64,000 nucleotides of DNA, from the NCBI GenBank assembly GCA_002269645.1, contig NIVC01000581.1, forward strand, positions 462,633-526,632. The letters run 5' to 3'. Every line of letters begins with the position of its first letter. Position 1 is the stretch's first letter. The translations under genes and the position numbers were made by a program. The notes below the pieces were generated by a model. It was given only the letters and a program-made list of their open reading frames with translations, made no database searches and was not told where the DNA came from. Positions 22,096 through 35,351 of the stretch are shown here, piece by piece. Origin of the DNA: Macrostomum lignano (lineage: Eukaryota).

Positions 22096-25000
22096 TCAAT
22101 CTTATTATTATAATTCAAGCAAATATTTTGCATTAGGCCTACTAAGCCTTAGGGTTACGAATTATAGATATATAATATTAATACATGTGCTAGCCTATAC
22201 TTCTTATAAGTTTTTAGTATTTCTATATGCCTAATAAATATCTACAATGATATTGCAGTTATATTGTGATTTATACAAGTAAAATAGTCAATTAATAGCT
22301 ATGTTGAATTCGCGCGCAAACTAGAAAAAAATTTAGTCTTTGTTTTACTAAGCGAAATATTACCAATAAATATATTTTGTTATAAACGTAGCCCCCCAAA
22401 CCCTACATATACAAGTCATTTTGCTCCCAAATAAACCAACTAGCTTGCTGGCTATCAGGCTATATGCTTCTAGCTTGTTCATTCACTAAATCCATAGACT
22501 TATTCTTGAATTCTTATCAAGTTAGTTATTTACAAAACTAAAAAGTTGAAGTACCTAGAAACTTACTAAGAAAAGGGATTAGGGAAATATACAAAAGAAA
22601 TTCAGAGAATAATTGCTAAGACCCTCTATTCCAGTCCAGGTAACTCCCTAGAGACTGAAGAGAGAGAGAGAAAACTTAACTTGGCTTAACTATTGAAATA
22701 GGCCTATAAAGTAAGAAGAAATACCCCTGTTACATAAACAACTGCCAAATGCCAAATGGCTATGCCTAGGCTAAGCCTAAGCCTAGTCTAGCTATAATAA
22801 ATAAGTCAATTGAATAGGCCTAGCAACTGAAGACTTGCAATGCAAGTAAGTAAGGTCTACATAGGCCTAGTGGTGCAATTAGTGGGGGTGGGAGTAGTAG
22901 GATTGGTACCCTTATCCCTTTTTAGCCAGATTTAAGTCACAAGGGGACTAAGTGATTTTTGCCAAAAATAGGCCCTACAAAGCTATCCTCTCTGCCCCCC
23001 CCACTTGGGTCTTTTACCCTCCAGAATCCACCCCCTCAACAAATTTCTAGTTGTGCCACTGCCTACCTAGGCCCCAGCCCTACCTACCTAGCACTGTTTT
23101 TAAATCAATATTTATAGGTCTAGTGTTATACTGTTATTATTCTATGATAATCTACAATTTATAGCATAATCATGACACAAATGTTACTCTTAGGCCTAAG
23201 TAAAATATTAATTACAATCTAACTAATAGTACTACTGGATGTACTGGTAATTATGCACTAATTTACTGGTTATTTTATGTTTATAATTTTTACCATTTGC
23301 AACTTATTATATTATCTTAATTTTAAACAATAAATTAGTGTCTGAGTGCATGTGTGATGTACATCAACTGGTACATGTAGGCTCTAGCAAAGCGTTTAAG
23401 CCAAAACCAGAATAATAATATGAAAAAAAACTGTTAGTATTAATCATAGCATACTCGTTATTCCTCTTGCCTTAAATTATTCTTTAACAAAAATTTTACC
23501 ACGCACGATTTTTAGCTTCGCTTCTTGAATATGAAACTTTGCTTTTTAAAATGAAAAGTGAAATCAATGACCAGTCTCCATTGTCATTTAGCTAACACAA
23601 TATAATATTACCTATGGGCTGAGACAAAAAACTGAAACGAATCGAGGGACCCGAACTATTTGCCTTCACTTATGTACTCGACTGAACCTTAAAATAATTG
23701 AGTTTTCAGGGAAATCGTACGTGTAGGTGCGTGCCTCCGTACGTCTGTTCAGCAAGCAAGATCAAGTACAGCTCGTTTTCGACTGCGAGCTGTTCGTCTT
23801 TGAAACTGGTGCTGATCCTTTTTGCTTGTGGTCCTTGTGTGAGCTTTGCAGGCTACACATGCAGCCGAGGTAGTCGCTATAGCCGCGCTGAAACTACTAT
23901 ACATTAATTGCTCCCCCCTGCTCCGCGAGATCTTCATCGGACTTTCACTTCTCTGCATTTGATTTGCGTACCGCATACTGTACATATAGTTTTTCGTTTT
24001 GCAATCAGGTGATGCATTTTGGGTAACGATCCTAAAGGTTGTGTGAGCCGGCGAGTTTTAACAAGCTATTGGGCGTGTTGTACAGGAATGCCCCAACAAC
24101 TAGGGCCTCGCCTGAAAGCTCGCTGTTAGAAGACCATGCAAGGTTAGCACAAAAGATCCGTTAGCAACACGTGCCGTACCCGATGATAGTACTCCTCCCG
24201 GAACTGCTTGATCAAAGAACGCAGCATATCCGCATATGCTGCGACTACAGCATATCCGCACGCCCTACTAGAGCGCACAGTCCTTGATTTGGTGAACTTG
24301 GGGAAGCAGTCGAGCTGCATGGACACACAGGGTACCTCGGCAATGAGCTGGCCGACAGCCTGGCAAATTGCTGGTTGCTCTCTGGCAGCATCTGAGCCAA
24401 AACAACTAAAAATGATGGGTGCACTTTTCCGAATAATCTCAACTTTCATTTGTGTACATGTGTGAACGAATCTTAGCTGCAGCCGGATGCGAGTTATACT
24501 TTTGATTGCATTATAGCTTTGGCCTCGAGACTCTGATAATACTATATCAGCGCTACGAGAAGAGCTTTAGCTAATTAACACCTGATTCGCCGAGAAGAGT
24601 GCTTAATTCATAGAATTCAGTAAAGACATACAATACACTTCAAAGCGATATGATTTCTACGAGCGTAGAAAGCTCGCCAGCAGAGCAAGAACCTCTTGCG
24701 ACAAAGTCCTCTCTGTCCCTCCGTGGTCAACGGGATTCAGTCCCAGCAACGCGTCACTTTTATCGGCTATGACTTCGAGATTGACAGCAAAGACCCTGGA
24801 TGACAGGTCAGTACAGAGCCCTTAACCCGATTTCGAAAGAGCCGGTTTGGTGAGCCAGTTCGCACGGGTTGCTGCAGGCGGCAGATTAGCCTAATCTCCG
24901 AATTAGCCGATTTCTGTCGTTTTTAGTTCTCCCTGCTGGTCTCGCTGTCAATTCTCTTCAGCTAATACATGTATAGGATCGGTCCAGCTGCTTGAATTGC

Positions 25001-25562
25001 CATATCTTCGCTACATTATAAGCTGACATCTGCATGGCAGGAGCTGTTGGAGGCCAGAGCATATGTTATTAATTGATATTCTGAACCCATCAAACAACTA
25101 AAATAGAGCCATTGCTACTTTCATGAAGACCAGTTTCATGTATTTGCATGTTAGTTTTTGCGGTTATACTCGCATATGACATTCAAACCATGCAGCTAGA
25201 AATTCATCATACTGTACGAGTATAATGAACGATCCCGAATATAAAATTACTTCTGTAAACTGCAGTGAAACTTGAGTAGTCCTTGGGTAAACAATTCTGG
25301 CAGTATGTAGCTCGTATGCATTTATCTATAGAAGCAGCAACCAACAAATCAAGCATTTCTGCATTGTTTGCATGCCAAATAGGCCTACTTATTGGGACAT
25401 TGGATTGGGACATTGCACCGCATAAATGACAAAAAAGTCTTTCAGACGCATTTTGGAGTTGAAACATTCAAAGAATTTAAATTTGATACACCGACCAGAG
25501 AATATCGAATATGCATAGAATGTCAATAGTCTATCGTTCAATAGTGTCAATCGTTCCTTCCG

Positions 25563-25736
25563 GGACTCTACTTTTTGGCCATTGAGTTTTAGCGGGTGCA
25601 GTTAAAAAATTAGCTTGCATTTGAAACGCATAGCAGAAGAGAAAACAAATTCAATTAGCAAAATTAAAAATCTTTAAAGCAAGCGAGCAAGCATTTTGAG
25701 CTGAAACTTAATGTCTATGGCCAAAAAGTAGAGTCC
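25563..25736. mobile_element. MITE-like element with a perfect 20-bp terminal inverted repeat
   Basis: GGACTCTACTTTTTGGCCAT (25563-25582) and ATGGCCAAAAAGTAGAGTCC (25717-25736). No clear TSD. Confidence 0.55.
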
Positions 25737-26799
25737 TTCTTCTTCTGCAGACCTTCTATGTAGCATTTTTGTGGATGGAACGTGAGTAAAAGGCAATTAA
25801 ACCACTTTAAAGCTCACTTTCAGGGAGGTTATTGACATAGATTTTATTTTGCGGGATTTAATCGATCACTTTCCCGGACATATTGCAAGGATTATTGTAT
25901 GTATCTAAATAAGCGAGCTTCTCTCTTCTCTTCCTTCGTGACTCGAGAAATTTCTTAATGAAATTTTGTCTATGGTAAGAATGTGGGGGCTTCGCCCCCA
26001 CACCCCCCATCCCCAACTTCAACCATAGACATACAAGTTTGGCTCCGGGATTTATCTGAATACATCCCGCAAAATTAAAGTAGTTTACATATCTCTAAAC
26101 TGATTTATGATAATCTCAACCAGGAGCCGTTGAATTCTTGTTTTGGTAAGAAAAATCGGCCACCATAGACATCCTGTCATTTAACTGTCCGTGGGCCTGG
26201 TGCAGCAGGGCAGCTCCAACTGCGGACCTCCTGGTGGCATATCCAAAGCCACTGCTATGACCGGCACAGCCCAGTGAAGACCAGATGCATTGTCAATCGC
26301 TTTGTCGCATTTTCCAAGGTCTGGTTTGTTCCCAGTGCTGTTGCATAGCCGCTGCTGCTCGATGAGAATCTGGGCAGTCAGTGCGCTGCATCGGGCCAGC
26401 CTGGACAGCAACTGCCGATTCGCGACTGCCAGCAACGCCTGAGGAAGTTCAGGATCGGGTGAGGTTTTGGGATACCTCGGGTCAGTGGTAGTTTGGAGTG
26501 ACTTGAATACTCAACCGGATTACAAAAGCGATTATCAACTGCCATTACCATCTGCTGATGAAGCCAGTTAAAGTCGGGTACGCCTCCTGGATTCGAGTCC
26601 GGCCTACTGCTGAATCTGCTACTCGCAGAGCTCTTCATTTCAAGAATGCCTCCCAGAGAGCTAGTAGAGCGCCCCGTGTGGCTTGCATGGACATGTATAC
26701 TGGCGTGAGCAGCCAGTCTCAGCATCGAAGCTTATCGCCTCGTTGATCAAGCTGAAAGAAATCGGCGCAAATCTGCGGCAATCGGCAGGCAAACAGGCA

Positions 26800-27420
26800 A
26801 GACTTACGCCCCGGTGGTTTGAGTGCTGAACATGGCAAGCAGAGTGCAGGTTTTCCGCTTGCATGCTTGCAATTTTTCAGCCCAAAGAATTGGCATGAAG
26901 CAAACATAACCAAGAAAATCTCAGTCCTTAACGGGAGTAATCATCTGGACCCCGATCACAGCAATATCCTGGGCAATGAGCTCGCGGATTTTATCGCCAA
27001 GGAAGCAGCAGCCGAGACGGAAACCACCGTCTGGTGAGGCTACCCATGCCTAGGTCGCAAATCACCCGGCATACAGGTGGCTCCACCAATAACAGAAGCT
27101 GCACTGAACAGTTGCACCGACTACAGGCAGACTCGTTTTGCAATGCCTCATCTGAACAGGAATGTTTTAAATATCTGATCTCACTTAAAAACCGACCTCA
27201 GGGAGATGTGCATGGTCCTAACTGGCCATGGATTCTTCCAGCAGATAATTCTCGTTGCTAACCGCCTTCCTTGCGGGGCACAAACACCTCGCGGCCACCC
27301 CCAGCGGATGGACGAGCTGACCCGGACAACGTGATCTTCGCGCTTTCGTCCAAGATACCGGCCGGAAGAGGGTCGCCGATGCCTCTCCTGCGAACCTGTC
27401 GGCTACTTGCGGGGGCTGGG
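26800..27420 (+). mobile_element. Decayed 3' end of an RNase H-containing non-LTR retrotransposon (LOA/I-group-like)
   Basis: RNase H C-terminal motif HSNILGNELADFIAKEAA. Downstream frames give YRQTRF, MVLTGHG and DLRAFVQDTG, with stops and frameshifts. Confidence 0.6.
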
Positions 27421-28854
27421 TGCACCCCCAAGGTTAAACCTTGGTTACTTTTACCTTGGGATGCGATCGGGGCCTCGCGGCATAACCGTTCCCCACGCAG
27501 AAGTCATCTTGCAAACTAGAAAATTTGGTGCAAGCGCGAGCGAGCTTAAAATCCTAAAGGTTCGAGTATTGGATCGAAGGGGCATGTACTTTAGGTTGAT
27601 GAAAATCGTGATAGTGAGACTGAGCTAGAAAACAGTTGCAAGCAGGACCTGCTTTTGAAAGCTTTAGTCTCAAGAACTACAGAAGCAGTAACCTACGAAA
27701 TACAAGAAAATATGAAGTTTATTTGCATAGTGACATGGAAGCACTGAACAGCAATACAAATAATTTTCAAATATAAAACTACTTCAGCGAACTTACTGAC
27801 TACGTTCTATTACAAGTGAACGCTCAAGTATAAAAACAGCTCTCACATTATCAGCACCGCACGTCACCGCAGAATGCAGCACAGTTATGTGCAACCTGTC
27901 ATATCTGAATATCTGTCTCATAGCTTATTCTTATCAATTTAATTAATTTTAAGCGTCATTACGAATTGTGAGCAGTTTATAAGAAGCGAGCGCCGTAAAT
28001 TTACAGTGTCAGTTTGTTATACAGTAATTGAGCTCAGTGAGTCATGCAGATATAGTTTCCAACCAGGACCACTAAGATCCTGGTCGTGTATGATTCAACC
28101 AACCATATTAGGCATCGAAACAGGAATGCCTTAAGTAAGAGATCTGGACTGGGCCGACATGATCCAGCCGTTTTAACAAAATCTGCACTCGGGAACGAAA
28201 AGTTGTTCTCATGCATTATTCTAAACAAGGAATTATTTTATATAACGATGAAAAAGTATGGCAAGAAAAATAGAAGCTTTTAATGCAGACCTTGAAAGTT
28301 GAAATTCTGAGAAATAATCAAGGTAGAAAAAACTCCAAGTGCAATATGATTTTGTGTAAAATTTTGTGTATGCATGTCAGATAACTTTGTATATAAGTAG
28401 CTTATAAGTCAAAGCCCGTCGCCGCCCACATTCTCTCTAGGACTCCCTGATCAGAATCTCGTCCTTGTAGCTGGCACATGATCTGCATGGCTCACACTGA
28501 TTGACTGAAAGAGCTGGCTTGCTGGGGAAGTGGGCAAAAGCTTCAGACAGAAAATGCTTTGGGTAAAGAGGCGAGCTTGCCGAGCCGCCTGGGAGAGGCC
28601 GCACGAAACGCGGCAGAGCTATCGCTAAACCGAGAGTCAACACTGATAAGATTTGATCAACTCGCAAGTGCGCGCACTCGCTGCGTGGCTTTGGGCCTGC
28701 CCTCCCACCTGAGCATTGGACGGCAGTCTGTCTCAGCTATGCGGTGTGGCCGAGCGCCCGAACGCGTGTAAAGCTTAAAAGCTCCACCAGTCTGGTCGCC
28801 CTGGCCCAGTAATAAAGCAACCAGCAACCAGCTCGGCTCGCTTGTGACCCATCC

Positions 28855-31369
28855 ATGTCTCGATTTGCTTCGCTACAGCTGCAGATTCTGCGATTGCTTC
28901 CGCAGCTGCTTCTGATTCTTCGGTTCTGCTCCAAAGCATCTGCCGAAGTAAGTCTGTCTGAGAAATTTACCTGTTGCGTAGGGGTCAGTTATGACTAGCG
29001 TGCTAGAAATTGCTCTGATTTTCCCACCCAGATAGCTCAAATCCAAGCAACAAAATGTTCCGATGGCTCAGGCACTTGGAACCTGCAGTTACCCGTTTGG
29101 CCAAAGCTGTTCAGCAACTCGACCAGTGTAGAAATCTGCCTTCGAAATCGGATGAGGGAGTCTGTGGAGCGGCCAACCGTTGGCTGGGCCGATGGGGTTC
29201 TCCACCACTTAACGGAAGACAATTGCGTGCTGTTAAAGGTCTTTCAACGGGCGGAAGTGCCAGCGCTGCTGATGACTGGGAATTGGTCCTGTCCGCGCGA
29301 TAACACGCATCAGACGATTGGGCTGACTCTGAGCGGCTCGGGATTTCGCCAGGAAATCAGCGTGGCCATGCGCATGCGCGATGGTGAGCTAAACAGGACT
29401 GCATATGAGGATTTATAAGTAAACGGGTTGAAGGGGTTTTGGGTAACCCCTTCCACGAAGCCGCCTGCATGTACATGTACACGCGGGCAGGAAATGGGCA
29501 AAAAGTGCGTGAATCCAAAGACCATGCACTCCAGAGTGCGGTGTCTCAGGCAGGACTGTTTGCGCACGTTGGCGTTTATTAAGCTACAATGTACTTTGAG
29601 CCAAAAAGTTTAAGTATATACAGCTTGTTCTGTTTAGACGTATGATAGCTGTTTTGGTGCACGTGATTTTTTTCAGACGGTTGCGAAACAGTGGAGACGA
29701 TAAGCCGGCAACTCGAGCCCGACGGCAGCCTGGAGTCGTTGGTCTTCTCACTTTGCGCGCCGCAGCCCAGCAACATGTTGTTGCTGTTTGAGGGGTCAAC
29801 CCGCCTAGTTCTCAACTCGCTGAACAAGGTGAGCATCTGCATGAACTTCTAGAGATGACCAGTTAAGCGCTAGTCGTAACTACTACATCTGCTCGTATAG
29901 TTATAACATTGTTATGCGTATCAAAGATATATAATGCAAACAGGAAGGTCAAATTAAGCCTTGAAATCGATCTTCAGGCCTTTAAAACTGATAACTTGTA
30001 CCAGCCGTCAACTGGTATGACGGCGCCAAGATATCCCATCCAAGTTCCAACATTTGCAGATCTTGAGGGGATAAACGTAATGTGACAATGTCCCATCACA
30101 ATAAGACTTCTGCGCCAATTACGTACCTGAACTTCAGCTGTTTCAAACTGGCTAAAAAGTCTCGCTGTTGACGGGCGCTTGTTTAATTAGGCCTAGAATC
30201 GAAACTCAAACTGTCAAAAGTCCAAACTCAAACTATCCAAACCCAATGAGATTACCTTCGCCACTGATTCTTATTACATACAAACTACAGACCGGCCAGT
30301 ACGTTAGAACTGCAAATTCTGAGCAGGTCTCATTTGCTGCTGAAGACTTGGCTAATCAGCTGGCACAGAGGGTCAACATGAAATATGGCATGAAACCGAT
30401 CCAGGGCAGAGTCCAGGTAAATCAGGCAAGTCTAAATTAATATATTTCCAGGCCCGAGTTCGCATCACTCTTTTGTATGCCCTTTCAGATCGACTGTCAT
30501 CCACCTGCAGGATCCAGGTGCTCCTGCTATAAGTTAGGTTCGAACACCAACTTGCTCTTCTGTATCTGATCTCCCACTTGTAGCTCTGTATGCACACGCT
30601 CGATGTACACCTGTATCCAACTCATGTTTTAGGTACCAAATTGCGTTTAAACCCACCGCATATGCTGCCCCCCGCCGAGCAGGATTGGGCTTTGATTTGT
30701 GCTCTGGCATCTGTCGGTGCGTCTTTAGTATTTGCAGTTCCACCAGCTTCAATAGCACTAATCTGTGATTTCCGTTGCTGTTCCACAGCCGTCCTTCTGC
30801 TGATCCTCGTGGCCTACGGGCGACCATTCGCCCGTCGGATTTCAACGCCAAAGATTTTAATCGTCAGTTTGGACGCCGAAGTCGCAGCTGTGAGCGGCCA
30901 GCTGGCCGGCCTGGCGCTGCCTGGCCTTCGGCTGCTGCTGCTCGAAGGGCACCGCATCAGCGAACGCTCGCTGCGGAGAGCCCTGCAGCGGGACAGCCTA
31001 GCAGCAGCAAGGACATTCCTGCTGCTGGGAATCGAGAAGGCTCTGCAGGCAGTCGATAAGGTGGATGACGATGAAGCAGATCAAGAAACTGCTGTCGCGC
31101 GAGTCGGTCTAGACGCGTGGCGCATGGAGAGTGCCCGATTCTCGCTGCTAATTTATCAGCCGCCAACGCACGCAGAGAATGCGCAGCCGGTGCTGGAGAG
31201 GCTGCTACAGACTCTGGGCCGAGCGGAGTCTCACAGCGGATCGCCACGATGGGCAATCGTTCAGGACGTCGAATCAGCAGCTGCGTATTTCAGGGAGAAG
31301 CAGCGCGAAATCGAAGACAGAGGATCATCAGAAGACTCTGATGATGAATTTGACGGGACAGCCGTGTAG
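28855..31369 (+). CDS. Type I transmembrane receptor with a SEFIR/TIR-like cytoplasmic domain (IL-17 receptor-like, divergent)
   Basis: Exon 28855-28947 encodes a signal peptide (MSRFASLQLQILRLLPQLLLILRFCSKASAE|GTAAGT). Phase-consistent exons follow at 29032-29383 and 29677-29828; further exons near 30290-30416 and 30489-30716 are less certain. A 72-nt intron 30717-30788 gives TM WALICALASVAVLLLILVAYG. The last exon has PKILIVSLD...RFSLLIY...WAIVQDVESAAAYF, resembling the SEFIR pattern. Confidence 0.55.
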
Positions 31370-34300
31370 GCGTGAACCATCGTGTCCCTATCGAATGGCC
31401 GTTTAAGGGGTAAGATTTTTGCCTCGCTTCTGACGGAAGCCGTGTAGCTCAGCTTTGTAGGGTCAAAAATAAGAAAAACAGGTAATGAGCAAATGCTTAC
31501 ATGTGTAACTCCGTCCTCTTTGGTGCCCCACAGGTTTGCGCTAGTCACATGCCCAAGACTTCCATGAGCCACTGAAGTTGCCGCGCTGTTAAACAAATCC
31601 GCCCAACTGCCGCGAACGCAGTTTTTGAATTGTTTGCATATCTAGCTGCATGCATCGTGTTCACTAGTTTTTTACCAGAACTGCAAATGTACTCGTACCA
31701 ATGTGAATAGCAAGCTGAGAAGTTTTACAGCCTAAAAGCAGCCGACAATGCAGCCGAACAAGGCCTTTGACAAGCAAAAATTCATTTCCACCGTATCATC
31801 GGGACTCGAGAGGAATCCATTTTTGCCTATCAAACTATTGAACTAAATTACATGTACAACAATATACTATGCTGTACCTTAAATTACACGGCTAAAGGAC
31901 ATGCTTTTCCGTCCTTTAATAAGGACTTTTTTCTTCATTAAATTCTGTACATGTAACTATTGAATATTGTACGCAGCTAACGCAAGAATATTGAAGAAAC
32001 AAAGACTTGCCCAGGCTCTGATCGCGCTACTTATTAATAGAAAACCAATACAGGAAAAGGAACAACCAGCCTGAGTTCGAATAGTTTCAGTCCCACCATA
32101 AAATTAATACTTCTAATTTTATTATCATCTCGTAAATCATTCGATTTAGGACTAACTATGGATTTAGAGGATGCACAAATACAATGCCGATCACAGGATT
32201 CGAACTCGGGACTGAATAATCTATAAATATACTAAATCTCTTTATTTACTGTTTATTCAAATATTGTTTGGACACTATAAACTGGGACCTCTTTTGGCGT
32301 GGGCGAATATATCCACACTTTAAAATAAAGCTTATTCTGATATTACTACTGATTACTTACAAGTAGTAGGCTAAATCGAAAAAGGTCGGAAGTTTGTAAA
32401 AAAACAGTGAATTGGTGATTACTTAAGAGTCAAGGGAGATTTTTTGTTTCGGAACAGTTTCGCAACAGTCCTGCGGGTTCATTTAAGCTCTGTCTTCATT
32501 GGGACTCGGCGATTCCACGTCCAGGACCAGATTAAGCACCTTCAACAGCTCCGGATCGAAATCGGTGCTGTAGAAGCAGCGGGGGTCGGCGCGGCACCGC
32601 TCTGACGAATTTCTTCCGTCGAGCTCAACTGCAGAGTCGCCCAGCAGCGAGGCGGGGCTGTCGGGGTACCGAAAGCTGAAAACAGCCGCCAGCTCCAGGC
32701 GAGGAAGCCTTGGGTAGCCAGCGGGCCATTGTCTGTCGATGGTCAGGAGCAGGGCGCCAGCCGACTCCTGTGATGAGCAACGGGGCGAGAGCTTTGCAAC
32801 TCCCATTGACTTTGCAGGCGCCCACACCATACCGATCTGGGAACTCCCAGACTGAGACGTTACGTCGGAAAATGGGCTGCTTAAACAAGCTCGAAATTTG
32901 GAAAATTCCTTCTCGTCACTTTTGTTAATTCGAGATTTCTCCGAGTCCAAAATTTCGCAAAATTCCATCTTTTGATCATACTAAACTTTGAGCTTTTGAA
33001 ACATCTGTTGAGGGGGAAGCTAACTGTAGCTGAGTATAGACTGAAACAACCCAAACTGAAATTGCCGAAAACCCCTCATTCACAATCCAAAACTGCACCC
33101 AGCCACTAAAGGGGGAACACTTTGAAAAAGCCGGAGCCAGACCTGAAACTCTACGGTCAGAAATCGCAGAGTAACCAGTGGGTGCTGGTCGGTCAGCCAG
33201 ACGATGCCAAGTCGGAATCCTCCAACAATGCGAGCGCCGACAGCGCGGAGATAGGCAACGAACAACGAGTGAATCTCGTACTTGACTGTCGTCTCATTCA
33301 CAAAACTGGTCTCGAAGCTCTCGTCCGTGGGCCGTGGCACGTAGATTACGTCTGTGCCGACCTCAGATCTGAAGGCCTCTGGCATGCCGAAAAGCCTTTT
33401 TGGTTTTTTCGAAATGGGGAACTTTATTACTTTTGATGTGCTACGACAGCCACAACACTGCGGAATAAATATGACTACCGTGTTATAAGACTCCCCTTGA
33501 ATGCTTGCACTTTGCACAGACGCACCTGTTTGCTGTCTCGGAGTCAGTGACTAGCTGACAGGCAAAGCGATGCGTGAAGTTGCCTCTGTCGGTGGCTGGC
33601 GGAACCTGCGGCACGGTCACGGTCAGGGTCTCGACAACGGCACTACGCGGAGTCATCTGACGAGTGCGCGCCAATTCAATGGCGTCAAACAGCGGCTCAT
33701 CAACGGGCTGGTCGTCCCAAGTGAAAGCAGAAATTCCCGATCGCCGGAGCTGGTTAGATAGTTCCAAGTTCCTACTGCTGCTTCGCGGAACACGAATAGA
33801 AGAGACTATCATAGCACCAGTAGAGTTAGAAGTTTCGTCAGTTTTACCAGCCGAAGTTGAAATTACTGCTGAGCAGCTGTAGGAGAGATTTTCGCCTTCT
33901 AAAGCATTAACAACGGAGGGCAGAGATACGTTACCAGCCAAAAACCAAGGAAGGTGTGAGGCTCTAACCTGCGCCGAAGCTAAACCGGTGTTGTTTGCGG
34001 CCTGACAGGTTAACTTTGAAACGTCCGTACCGTTTAAATGCGCACTGAGAACGCAACAAACTGAGCGCGGCGTCGAACACACCAGCGGACAAGCCAAAGG
34101 ATGCGCTTTCGATATTGAGAAATTCTTGTGAAGAACTCGACTCGACACTAATGCAGTAGTCTTAACCTTGCTGCGACAAAGGCGAAATCAAACGCAAGCT
34201 CAGAACAGCCGCCTGCTTGCTGATGAAGTTTCCGTGACCTACAAACTGCAATATCTCACAAAGCCTCAAACTTGATGCAGCATCTTGATCTCGTAAGACG

Positions 34301-35351
34301 GGCGCCAGAGCGGCTTGAAATCCGATCGGGGAGAAGTGCAGCTCACCCGTCTGCTGGTCCAGGTAGAAAAATGCAGCTTCTCCGCAGGCCAAAGTGCTAC
34401 TGAAATCATCCGAAATATCGCTGCCTGATACACTATTAATCGAAACAGTCTTGTCGACAATATGGATGGAGTTATTCGCGGTGGCAGTTTGGCAAGATTC
34501 TGCTGTGGGTCAACATCATACCGACCCTCTGAACCACTCTTAAATACATTGGCAGTCTGTTTAGTAATTTAATCACTGGAAGTTTTAAAAATGGAATTTT
34601 TCGCAGTGAACCATGCGTGTCTGTAGTTGCCGGTTTGTTCACCAGATTCTCGACCAGATTAACGAAAGCCTTGGTTATTATGGGCCTATCAATGAGGTCA
34701 GTAACTTCTTCAACTTCATTCAGATATAAGAGCAACAGGCTTTTTGAATTCAGAATGGAGTTTTTCGGCACTGCAGACCTCCAGTTCACTACTCGAGTTC
34801 GAAATGTTAACTGACACTCTTATGGAAACTATGAGGGACTCGTTCAAAGGTGAAGTTCCTACCAAGCTACTAGGAAAAGAACAGTTGGATGCAACGCTAA
34901 AATCTGACGCGTTCTGCTTGACCACTCGTAGCATGAATATTGAACCAAACTCGCTGCACAGATTGACGCTTGCATAAGCTTCTCGGGTCGAGTTGTCAAA
35001 TGACTCTCGAGATATGAGACTCGTAATTATGCTCGAATTGTGGGCGGTCCGAAATTTGCACTCGAACTCAATCGCAAGCAGGTTGCTCAGCCAGTAGTAG
35101 CTAATGGGCAGCGGCAAGTGCTGCGGGACCACCCGGATGACCACCGACTGGCACCGGTCAATGTAGGCCACTCGGTCAGCTGACCCGGCCACCCAGACCA
35201 GCTCAGTTTCGGCGTTGCCATCGCCGGAAAGCAGAACCGGCCCACTAGAATAATCCACATCGGGAGGGAATCTAGGCGCGAAGGATGAATGCGTTTCCTT
35301 GACAACAGATGCTGTTAGAAGAATAGCCAGCAAGATAGTCGCTAGTTGCAT
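31261..35351 (-). CDS. Multi-exon cell-surface or secreted glycoprotein with cadherin-like and Ig-like segments; exon structure only partly resolved
   Basis: Signal peptide MQLATILLAILLTASVV and many N-x-S/T sites. Cadherin-like motifs FAPRF, SRESFDNSTREAY and FYLDQQTGELHF. Ig-like motifs LTCQAANNTG and LEGENLSYSCSA...FTWD...DRGNFTHRFAC. Consecutive minus-strand ORFs from 35351 to 32483 are flanked by GT/AG sites. A possible TM exon lies at 31826-31699. Confidence 0.5.

Noticed and set aside
22868-23061. hAT-like MITE (TAGTGGTGCAATTAG...CTAGTTGTGCCACTG)
   Set aside because: The inverted repeat is imperfect and has no 8-bp TSD, which is too weak to call.
34148-34800. Ultra-short 19-nt GT-AG introns that would join successive +1-shifted ORFs (GTGAACTGGAGGTCTGCAG, GTATGATGTTGACCCACAG, GTTAAGACTACTGCATTAG)
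   Set aside because: The coincidence is striking, but every other intron in the window is at least about 48 nt, and a normal-length alternative in the same phase exists for at least one (acceptor near 34063). Only cDNA could revive this idea.
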